Source of the DNA: Candidatus Hydrothermarchaeum profundi
GTDB lineage: Archaea; Hydrothermarchaeota; Hydrothermarchaeia; Hydrothermarchaeales; Hydrothermarchaeaceae
Direction of reading: 5' to 3'
NCBI GenBank assembly: GCA_002011125.2
Contig: MTMF02000011.1
Span: 1-13,208, forward strand
Length of the DNA: 13,208 bases
Positions 1 through 6,732 of the stretch are shown piece after piece. Every line of letters starts with the position of its first letter. Positions within the stretch are counted from its first letter, which is position 1. A program made the position numbers and the translations under genes. The notes beneath the pieces are model-generated. The model did not search any database. It saw only the letters and a program-made list of their open reading frames with translations, and was not told the DNA's origin.

Positions 1-47
1 CCGCTGGCTCCGGCGCCAACAACTATGGCATCGAACTTCTCTTCCAT
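1..47 (-). CDS. 5' end of an FAD-dependent oxidoreductase, FixC/ETF:quinone oxidoreductase-like or geranylgeranyl-reductase-like (truncated by window edge)
   Basis: Not in the ORF track. The minus strand reads AGGAGGtcttcgATG (strong RBS, ATG at 47), then MEEKFDAIVVGAGAS(G), a Rossmann GxGxxG FAD-binding start. The subfamily cannot be fixed from about 15 residues. Confidence 0.75.
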   Translation of the reverse strand, partial: MEEKFDAIVVGAGAS

Positions 48-69
48 CGAAGACCTCCTAATTTTATTT

Positions 70-972
70 TTAATTATTATTATTTTTAATATTTAAGAAC
101 TTAAAATCCTTTTCTAATTTTATCAACTTCTTAATTTTTTTAGGATAGATCCCTACAAACTTGTCCAATTTAATTATTGTAGCGACTCCCACTTTTTTGG
201 CAAAACTTAAACCATTAATTATAGCATCTCTGATTTCTGAGTTAGATAATTCACCATGCCTCATGACAACTTTTTCTCCTCTGATATCGGTAAGGGGGTC
301 TAGATTTTCTGCGTACTCGTATTTAATTTTGGGAGAATCTACCACAACCCTATTGCCGATTAATGTCGCAAAAGTATCTGCAAGAGATGCAGATTTATTA
401 ATGCAAACCGTAGCCTCTGATATTCCTTTTGAAAAACTTCTTCCTCTGAAACCACTAGTACATATTCCTCCAATACTATTGTCCACTTCCATGACTCCGA
501 ATAAGTTCTCTTTAGCGTCTAACAGCCCTATTTTCGCACGTTCAACTCTTAAGGCGATGTCGCCATAATTATTGATTATAATGTACTCCGCTTCAGATTC
601 AAGTTCTTCTAGAATGCAATCCGAGATTGATCCTGCAACGCTAATTAAAGGTGTTGTTTTCTCTCCAAAAAATTCCTGACCAATTAACGCTGATTCCACC
701 ATTTTTTTTACAACTTTTGGAAGGCTTGAAATGTCTAATGGCTTACACCATGAAGTTACAATGTCTAGATTTCCTGCAACGTCCTCTAAAGTCTGGATTG
801 CAACAGATACTGTTCGATTAATCGCTCTTTCACTGACAAATATTGATTCTCCATCGTTTTTCGCTGTTATAACAAGGCCCATTGGGCCAAGATATATGTG
901 AAGCCTCATTTTGGAATCTAAAAAGTAAGTTAGGTCAGAGTAGTTCGACTTCATACTTTTTAATAAACTCAT
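70..972 (-). CDS. UPF0280 / ApbE-like (flavin transferase superfamily) protein
   Basis: Motifs GPMGL, TPLISVAGSISD, NNYGDIAL, GICTSGFRGRSFSKG and LADTFAT match UPF0280/ApbE-like proteins. This family usually follows hnr in nicotinate clusters. It overlaps the hnr 3' end, and the start could be ATG 972 or 954. Confidence 0.85.
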   Translation of the reverse strand: MSLLKSMKSNYSDLTYFLDSKMRLHIYLGPMGLVITAKNDGESIFVSERAINRTVSVAIQTLEDVAGNLDIVTSWCKPLDISSLPKVVKKMVESALIGQEFFGEKTTPLISVAGSISDCILEELESEAEYIIINNYGDIALRVERAKIGLLDAKENLFGVMEVDNSIGGICTSGFRGRSFSKGISEATVCINKSASLADTFATLIGNRVVVDSPKIKYEYAENLDPLTDIRGEKVVMRHGELSNSEIRDAIINGLSFAKKVGVATIIKLDKFVGIYPKKIKKLIKLEKDFKFLNIKNNNN

Positions 973-2689
973 TATAACTCATTTTATTTTCTATATGTCC
1001 ACCTATTTCTTCGTAAACTTTTCTCTCCATCGTATACTCAATCGGAGCAACTATCGCAGGTGTTGGGACATAGGTTAAAGGATCTTTTCCCTTGATTTCT
1101 TCAACATTCACATAGAAGTTAATGCCCCCTCCTGGGAGTACAAAAGCTGGAGCTCCGCCAATAGTTAACTTTATTAGCCCTTTATGTACAGCTTCTGTAA
1201 CTTTTTTAGGAAACTTCGCCACTCCAGCTCTCGCACTACCACCTACCCCCCCGCAAAATAGCGCAGAAACTCCAGAATCTTCGCATGTATCAAATATCAT
1301 CTTGACCACTTTCTTGGCTTCTTCAGTAGGTTCTATTTCTTTTAACCTTTCTCCTCTCAACTCGAACATACTAAGGTGTTCTCCCGTTGTATCAGTTATT
1401 AAGACTCTCATGCCTTCCCAAGCGTAATTGAAGTCTATTTTTTTAATTGCGTCAAGTGGGTCCTTGATTGGTGTACCACCTATTCCGTCACCATGCTCAC
1501 CAAAGTAACGGCCGTCTGTACTCTTAACACCCCATGGGATTATACCCGAATATTTCATACCTAAGTACTTACCTGCATAGTGCTCTGAAAGGAGGCCAAT
1601 TATATGGGAGTCTAAAATTATTGCCTCATCAGCAACTTTCTTCAGATATGGTGCAAACATGCCTATAATCGCACTTCCACATCCTGCACGCATCTTTCTT
1701 ACCTTTTTCCCGTTAATTACTGGTTGTTTGCCAAGCTTAAATCTAATCCAGCTCTTTTTACCGATTTTTAATTCAACCTCTTTTCCATTCACAATGTCTA
1801 CTATTGTTCTTGCTGCTGTTAGTCCTGTTTTACTCTGCAGAATGTTTACCCCTCCAATATCTATCATTTTTGATCCATATTCTTCTGTCACAACTATCCC
1901 TACCTTTTTTCCGTCTCTGTATACAGTTTGACCTTCTGTTCCTATGAACTCATCAGTATCTATTTTTAGTTTCAAGTGGGAAAAGCTAAGAGGTGTTGCT
2001 GAAACAACTGTGACCACATCTACTCCTTCTACGTTACCTTCTACAATGATCGGGGCTGGTACAAAGTCGGGATATGTATTACCAGCCCCTACACCATAAA
2101 CTAGAGGTTCTCCGAATCTCTTCTGAGCTGGAACAGAGATTCTTCTGGATAGAACTAACCTCCCCCTCTCATTTTTATATCTTTTACAAGCCCCGTATTC
2201 TCCGTCTTTTATGGTACAAAAAACTGGACAACTCGTACATTTGATCCCTTTTGAGGGCAAAAATACGATGGCATTAAAGTTACACACTTTCTTGCAAGCT
2301 CCGCAATCAACGCATAACTTGGAGTTAACAAATGCCCTCTTTTTATCATCTGACTTTATGATATTTATAGCATTCTTTGGACACTCTTTAGCACATGAAC
2401 CGCATCCAGTACAATCATCCGTTATAAAGGCACTTCTGTTACCAATACCAATACTTGGCGCAGTAATGATTACATCGTCATTCTCAGCTAATTTGTAAGA
2501 TGCTAAGTTCCCCCGTATGGGTTGACTATTTACTAAAACCGTTATATTTCCTAACTTCTTTTTCAGCGAGTACTTTTCTTCGATAAAATTTAGTAACTCC
2601 CCTAACGTTCCACTTATGAGTTCGAACTCTTCCTTTGACTTCGTGGTGATACTCCTTACAGTAGTTAAATATCTCACACCAACCTTCAT
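935..2689 (-). CDS. hnr: 6-hydroxynicotinate reductase-like Fe-S flavoprotein with N-terminal MoaD/ThiS-like and 2x[4Fe-4S] ferredoxin domains
   Basis: Two ferredoxin motifs (CTGCGSCAKECP, CVDCGACKKVC), followed by Hnr-type motifs CTSCPVFCTIKDGEYGACKRY, GAGNTYPD, KLKIDTD, TEEYGSKM, MRAGCGSA, GGVGGSARAGV, PGGGINF and VPTPAIVAPIEYTM. Adjacent enamidase, DUF1185 and UPF0280 genes support the call. Confidence 0.85.
   Translation of the reverse strand: MKVGVRYLTTVRSITTKSKEEFELISGTLGELLNFIEEKYSLKKKLGNITVLVNSQPIRGNLASYKLAENDDVIITAPSIGIGNRSAFITDDCTGCGSCAKECPKNAINIIKSDDKKRAFVNSKLCVDCGACKKVCNFNAIVFLPSKGIKCTSCPVFCTIKDGEYGACKRYKNERGRLVLSRRISVPAQKRFGEPLVYGVGAGNTYPDFVPAPIIVEGNVEGVDVVTVVSATPLSFSHLKLKIDTDEFIGTEGQTVYRDGKKVGIVVTEEYGSKMIDIGGVNILQSKTGLTAARTIVDIVNGKEVELKIGKKSWIRFKLGKQPVINGKKVRKMRAGCGSAIIGMFAPYLKKVADEAIILDSHIIGLLSEHYAGKYLGMKYSGIIPWGVKSTDGRYFGEHGDGIGGTPIKDPLDAIKKIDFNYAWEGMRVLITDTTGEHLSMFELRGERLKEIEPTEEAKKVVKMIFDTCEDSGVSALFCGGVGGSARAGVAKFPKKVTEAVHKGLIKLTIGGAPAFVLPGGGINFYVNVEEIKGKDPLTYVPTPAIVAPIEYTMERKVYEEIGGHIENKMSYNEFIKKYEVELL
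2441..2689 (-). other. Ubiquitin-like beta-grasp (MoaD/ThiS/SAMP-like) domain fused in frame to Hnr, residues 1 to about 83
   Basis: MKVGVRY..VRSIT....EEFEL..GTLGELL..I.EKY....TVLVNSQPI......KLAENDDVIITAPSIGIG follows the MoaD/SAMP pattern (V.VR....R, T+.+L+..+, +LVNG, L.+.D.+.+.PP+.GG). The terminal Gly-Gly is replaced by GIG and there is no stop codon. Confidence 0.7.
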
Positions 2690-2740
2690 ATTTATCTTAA
2701 ATTTTTCTTTATATTTCTCTTATTGGTTGATATTCTGCAT

Positions 2741-3043
2741 TTATCTCATCTTACTTAGAGTATTCGTTAAGCGCAACATCTGGTTCAACAACCTGTATTT
2801 ACCTCCCCTAGACACGAACTCGAACTGTTTACCGACTCCTTGGTAGGGTTGTACCCTTCTTTTTAATCCGTGTTTCACAAGGAACATTCTTTCCAAATTA
2901 ATTATCTGCCAATACATCGCCAGATCTTTCCTTAGACGCTGCACCCTCAATCCTAAGTTTTGAAATGAAATCTGCTGTGGCCTCATACTTTTATTCCTGC
3001 TAGGTTCTAATCCTACAATTACGTGTTTAAAGTTCTCAAGCAT
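2741..3043 (-). pseudogene. Doubtful 100-aa hypothetical ORF, possibly a decayed gene remnant
   Basis: The ATG overlaps the upstream stop (TAATG), which suggests coupling, but the protein is very basic and has no recognisable motif. Other minus frames carry protein-like stretches broken by stops (KYEATADFISKLRIEG...LADN*FGKNVPCETRI). Confidence 0.3.
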
Positions 3044-3639
3044 TACCTAAGCCCATCTATCCCCTTTATTTCCTCCTTCTTCAACCCACCAACTCTGGGG
3101 TGAGGTCTACCACCGTTAGTCACCGCTACTGCAATTACGAGTTCGTCATCTCTTGGTGCATCGCTGATCGAAATGGTTACAGCATCAAAGTGTGATCTAA
3201 CGAAGGCTGCATCTTTGTAATGCAACGGTATATCCAGTGGTGTACCCATACAGCCATATTTCTTACTCGAAGGAATTATCGCCTTCCCTCCTCCAACTAC
3301 TTCCCGCATTGGCGCGCCAATCTTTGGGTGTAAAATTGCTGCTACATGTTCAAGCTCCCCCTTAGCACCTGCTATTCCTCCTTTACCGTAACTTTCAACA
3401 TTATCTTCAAGAATTTCAACTGCTCTTTCTGTCAAGATCTTTCCGAGTACTTCTCCCCACTCTATAAGCTTAGAGAGATCCTCTACATATTCGCCAGCGT
3501 AAGGGTTTTTTATAACAGCTGCACAAACGACTTTCTTAATCGGCCTTTCGACAGCTTTCCCCCCATCCATAAAAATTTCTTCGGAGTAAGTAACAATTTT
3601 CCTTATTTCCATACCTTTTAAATCCACTTCTATGCTCAT
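3043..3639 (-). CDS. DUF1185 ('amino acid synthesis' family) protein
   Basis: Motifs IRKIVT..EEI, AAVIKNPYAGEYVEDL, VESYGKGGI.G..GELEH.AA, GKAIIPS, DIPLHYKDAAFVRSHFD, DAPRDDE and GGRPHPRVGGL. Start moved from 3648 to ATG 3639, which follows the RBS GGGGTG. Confidence 0.9.
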   Translation of the reverse strand: MSIEVDLKGMEIRKIVTYSEEIFMDGGKAVERPIKKVVCAAVIKNPYAGEYVEDLSKLIEWGEVLGKILTERAVEILEDNVESYGKGGIAGAKGELEHVAAILHPKIGAPMREVVGGGKAIIPSSKKYGCMGTPLDIPLHYKDAAFVRSHFDAVTISISDAPRDDELVIAVAVTNGGRPHPRVGGLKKEEIKGIDGLR

Positions 3640-3652
3640 TTTGCACACCCCC

Positions 3653-5119
3653 TTAACCTCTTTTACCTAGCCACCTAGATACCACTACTTTTTTATCGGT
3701 GTAGAAATCAATTGCATCGTTTGCTCTACCCCTAGTTGAACCGTAAAATGATGTCTTTCTCCCTCCTACCGGGTAAAACGCGATTGGAGCTGGGGTTCCC
3801 ACGTTTATGCCAATTTGCCCAGTATTAACCATTCTCACGAAATCTCTTGCGTACTTTCCACATTCCGTATAGATTACTGCAGTATGACCGTATTTACTTT
3901 GGTTTATTATTGAAATCGCTTCTTCGAAGTTTTTAACACTCTTAACACACCTTATGGGTCCAAATACCTCTTCATCAAACACTTTCATTCCTGGCTCAGC
4001 TTCAAATACAGTAGGGGCTAAAAAGTACCCTTTCGGATATTTTTCGACCTTGTATTTTCTCCCATCAAGTATCAATTTTGCTCCCTCTTTGATAGCTAGG
4101 TCAATCTCGTTTAGAAGTCTTTTTAAAGCTTCTTTCGTCACTACTGGCCCCATTGTAACATCTTTATCCATACCATAACCTAGTTTGATTTCCTTTACCT
4201 GTTTTAGGAACTTGTCTATGAATTCGTCATATATTTCTTCGATTACTAGAATGTTAGATATTGCAAAACATCTCTCGCTTACATGGCCAAAACAAGAATT
4301 TACAAGGTTTTGCATAATACCATCCAGATTTGTATCTTCCATAACTAAGGCATGGTTATTCGCACCTCCTTGGCACTGAGCCCTTTTGCCGTGGGATGTT
4401 GCAAGTTTATAAACTTCTTCGGCAGCCCTCGAAGAACCCACAAAAGTAACACCCACAACATCTTTGTTCGTAACTAAAGCCCTTCCAACCTCTGCACCTC
4501 CGTGAACGACATTTATAACGCCTTTAGGATAACCTACTTCGTGGCATAATCCTATAATTTCATTTGTTGTCATGGGACAAATCTCACTCGGTTTAATTAT
4601 CACTGTATTCCCAGCTGCTACCGCCCATCCAAAGTAGAGTGGTATCATTGCTGGAAAGTTAAAAGGTGGAAGTATAATGAAAGGTCCTAATGGTTCGCGA
4701 ATGTAGTACTCGTCAACTCCTCTACCCACATCTTCTGAAAAACTCCCTTTAAGGAGTTCTGTAATTGCACAGGCGTGCTCGACGTATTGTATTCCTCTCA
4801 TCAATTCCTGCATAGCTTCTTCGAACGTCTTACCATGCTCGTTAACTATTATTTCAGCGAGCCTCTCTTTGTTCTCTTCTAATTTATATTTTAGCTCGAA
4901 CAAGTATTCCGCCCTGACTGGCGGAGGAGTTTGCCTCCATTCCCAAAAAGCCTCTTTAGCGCTTTTAACAGCCTCATTTACTTCCTCATTGGTAGACATT
5001 GGACATAGAGCTATTACTTCGTCAAAAGCTGGATTAGTTACCTCTATGTACTCACAGCTTTTAGATTCTATAAATCTTCCTCCTATATAATTCTTCAATT
5101 TTACTACTATTTCAATCAC
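3653..5119 (-). CDS. CoA-acylating aldehyde dehydrogenase, methylmalonate-semialdehyde dehydrogenase (MmsA/IolA)-like
   Basis: Motifs PFNFPAMIP, KPSE, FVGSS, GKRAQCQGGANNH, catalytic Cys in SERCFA, EEVFGP, and GQIGINVGTPAPIAFYPVGGRKTSFYG. The start is uncertain (TTG 5137, GTG 5119, or possibly ATA 5110). Confidence 0.85.
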   Translation of the reverse strand: MIEIVVKLKNYIGGRFIESKSCEYIEVTNPAFDEVIALCPMSTNEEVNEAVKSAKEAFWEWRQTPPPVRAEYLFELKYKLEENKERLAEIIVNEHGKTFEEAMQELMRGIQYVEHACAITELLKGSFSEDVGRGVDEYYIREPLGPFIILPPFNFPAMIPLYFGWAVAAGNTVIIKPSEICPMTTNEIIGLCHEVGYPKGVINVVHGGAEVGRALVTNKDVVGVTFVGSSRAAEEVYKLATSHGKRAQCQGGANNHALVMEDTNLDGIMQNLVNSCFGHVSERCFAISNILVIEEIYDEFIDKFLKQVKEIKLGYGMDKDVTMGPVVTKEALKRLLNEIDLAIKEGAKLILDGRKYKVEKYPKGYFLAPTVFEAEPGMKVFDEEVFGPIRCVKSVKNFEEAISIINQSKYGHTAVIYTECGKYARDFVRMVNTGQIGINVGTPAPIAFYPVGGRKTSFYGSTRGRANDAIDFYTDKKVVVSRWLGKRG

Positions 5120-6281
5120 CCCCTTTTGTAATTTCAATCATTCTATATGGTGGAGGTGTATACTTGCTTTTTACAACCTTAATGTCACCATTAATTAAAA
5201 CAGCAGAAATTCCTGGCACATCTCCATTCTTTAAAGCTTCAAGCGCAGTATCTCCAACACCTCCCATGGGCACATCTGCAAAAACCAAGTCTGCCTCCTT
5301 TCCAGTTTCTATAACGCCCGTATTCAAACCATAAACTCTCGCAGTGTTTCCAGTAGCTAGCGAAATTGCCTTTTCTGGTTCAAGTTCGCAAATAGATGAG
5401 ATGAAGGCCAGCAATCTAAGGACGGCTAAAGGTATAATTCCCGTCCCAGAAGGAGAATCCGTTCCTAGAACCACCCTTTCGAGAGCATTTTTATTTCTTA
5501 TGTATTTCAATATTTCTTGTAAAGCTTTCAGATTTCCACAATAGACAAATTCTAAGATTATATCAGTTTCGTCCACTATTCTGAATGCATCTTCCAGCGG
5601 CATGGCAGTCGGACCACCATTGATGTGTCCCACTATGTCAGGGTGAATTGCAATTACTTCCTCTGCACCTATGGTTGTACTTTCTGGAATTGAAGTGCCG
5701 CCAGTGTGCATTTTTACTTTCATGCCGTACTTCCTAGCGAGTTGAACAAGTGGTTTAACATCTTCAGGTTTGTACGCGCTACCTAGTCCGATTTCTCCTA
5801 CCAGCCACACACCATGATGGGCCAGTTCCTTGAAATCATCTTCCGTCATTCCCTTTTCTAGAATAACTGCACCGGCGTGAACCTTTACACCACTTGGTCT
5901 CATGTTGTCAAAACTTTTCCTTGCAAGTATCGCTAGTGCTTTGGCACCCACAATATCTCTGGGCCTTCCAGGCATATGTGGTTCGCCAGCAGAAATCATT
6001 GTTGTTACCCCACCATGAAGATAACCTGAAATCCACCCTATGGTATTTTGCCTTGGTGTATAGTCTCCGAAAACGGGATGAACGTGTGCATCTATAAGCC
6101 CTGGGAACACGGTATTGCCATTTGCATCTATCACTACATCGAAATTTTTATCGCCCAACTCATTTTCAAATCCAATAAATGCTATTTTACCATTATCCAA
6201 AACCAAGCAGTCTCCTTCTAAGATTGGTTCCTCCAACTTTCCAGACACTATCACGCCAATATTTCGAATTTTTACTTCCAT
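5112..6281 (-). CDS. ena: Enamidase (amidohydrolase superfamily, binuclear metal)
   Basis: PGLIDAHVHPVFGDYTPRQ, LHGGVTTMISAGEPHMPGRP, VKVHAGA, GEIGLG, MHTGGTSIP, GHINGGPTA and GTDSPSGTG are enamidase-type motifs. Start moved to ATG 6281 (MEVKIRNIG), preceded by RBS GGTGA, giving 389 aa. Confidence 0.9.
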   Translation of the reverse strand: MEVKIRNIGVIVSGKLEEPILEGDCLVLDNGKIAFIGFENELGDKNFDVVIDANGNTVFPGLIDAHVHPVFGDYTPRQNTIGWISGYLHGGVTTMISAGEPHMPGRPRDIVGAKALAILARKSFDNMRPSGVKVHAGAVILEKGMTEDDFKELAHHGVWLVGEIGLGSAYKPEDVKPLVQLARKYGMKVKMHTGGTSIPESTTIGAEEVIAIHPDIVGHINGGPTAMPLEDAFRIVDETDIILEFVYCGNLKALQEILKYIRNKNALERVVLGTDSPSGTGIIPLAVLRLLAFISSICELEPEKAISLATGNTARVYGLNTGVIETGKEADLVFADVPMGGVGDTALEALKNGDVPGISAVLINGDIKVVKSKYTPPPYRMIEITKGGD

Positions 6282-6293
6282 TAATCTCACCGT

Positions 6294-6310
6294 AAATCGA
6301 TTAGCGTTTA
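6294..6310. promoter_or_regulatory. Candidate operator, copy 1 (imperfect palindrome)
   Basis: Minus strand TAAACGCT-A-ATCGATTT lies between the TATA box and the RBS of ena, with 3 mismatches to TAAACGAT-W-ATCGTTTA. Confidence 0.55.
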
Positions 6311-6313
6311 TCA

Positions 6314-6327
6314 ATATAAAATTTTCG
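6314..6327 (-). promoter_or_regulatory. Archaeal BRE + TATA box for the ena operon
   Basis: The minus strand reads CGAAAA-TTTTATAT about 33 nt upstream of ATG 6281. Confidence 0.7.
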
Positions 6328-6369
6328 AAACTAAGAGCTTTCATAACAATAACTAAAAATAGTAGATGT

Positions 6370-6388
6370 GTCACTCAATATTAGTGAC
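6370..6388. repeat. Near-perfect palindrome GTCACTcAATATTAGTGAC
   Basis: It is an 18-bp palindrome (GTCACTAATATTAGTGAC) with one extra C, at the 3' edge of the IS6 fragment. Confidence 0.6.
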
Positions 6389-6389
6389 C

Positions 6390-6627
6390 TCCAGCTCAGA
6401 GTCGAACGAACTGTTAAATGGAAACCTGTTATGAAATCTCCTAGTTCTGTCTTTAAGCTGGGAAAACAGGCTTTCAATGGAGTTTCTTCTTCCAAACGTT
6501 TCGTGTTAATACTTTAAGCCAACCTCCTCAAAACCCAGAGACACCAGAATCCTTTATCAACCACCACTTCCGGCTTGTTCTCGCAGCATCTCAGCACTTC
6601 TTTGAGGAAAACGTAGGCGTGGAAGTT
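6390..6627 (-). mobile_element. Degraded IS6-family transposase, C-terminal fragment
   Basis: Manual translation gives NFHAYVFLKEVLRCCENKPEVVVDKGFWCLWVLRRL, a frameshift, then [40 protein letters not shown]. This matches the archaeal IS6 DDE C-terminal pattern (vVDxGxW ... RNxxE). Confidence 0.85.
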
Positions 6628-6681
6628 TGGTTTGTTATCAGAACCTCAAATAAACGGCATATCGCTAGTTCCCTAGAGACA

Positions 6682-6697
6682 CCAAAAAATTCATATA
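6682..6697 (+). promoter_or_regulatory. Putative BRE + TATA box for the ABC transporter operon
   Basis: CCAAAAAA-TTCATATA lies about 35 nt upstream of ATG 6733, and RBS GGTGG precedes the ATG. Confidence 0.55.
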
Positions 6698-6703
6698 GTG
6701 TGT

Positions 6704-6720
6704 TAACAATTAATCGTTTA
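6704..6720. promoter_or_regulatory. Candidate operator, copy 2
   Basis: TAACAATT-A-ATCGTTTA has a perfect right half-site and a degenerate left half. It lies between the TATA box and the RBS. Confidence 0.5.
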
Positions 6721-6732
6721 GTGGTGGTTGAG

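Noticed and set aside
60-140. Very AT-rich low-complexity stretch with (TTA)n
   Set aside because: It is explained by the Lys/Asn-rich C-terminus of the UPF0280 protein (KNNNN) and is not a structured repeat.
815-824. Palindrome CGATTAATCG resembling the operator core
   Set aside because: It lies inside the UPF0280 CDS, has different spacing, lacks the outer TAAA/TTTA arms and has no nearby promoter, so it is likely chance.
6282-6374. 31-aa N-terminal extension of enamidase in the ORF track
   Set aside because: It spans the TATA box and operator. The RBS and family similarity point to ATG 6281.
161-6384. Short plus-strand ORFs opposite the catabolic operon (161-568, 1122-1427, 1659-1931, 2211-2498, 2616-2846, 3346-3621, 3954-4178, 4185-4379, 4869-5090, 5344-5544, 5894-6097, 6115-6384)
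   Set aside because: They are antisense shadows of well-supported genes, with biased composition and no recognisable motifs.
6619-6732. 38-aa N-terminal extension of the binding protein in the ORF track
   Set aside because: It spans the promoter. The Tat motif is correctly placed only with ATG 6733.
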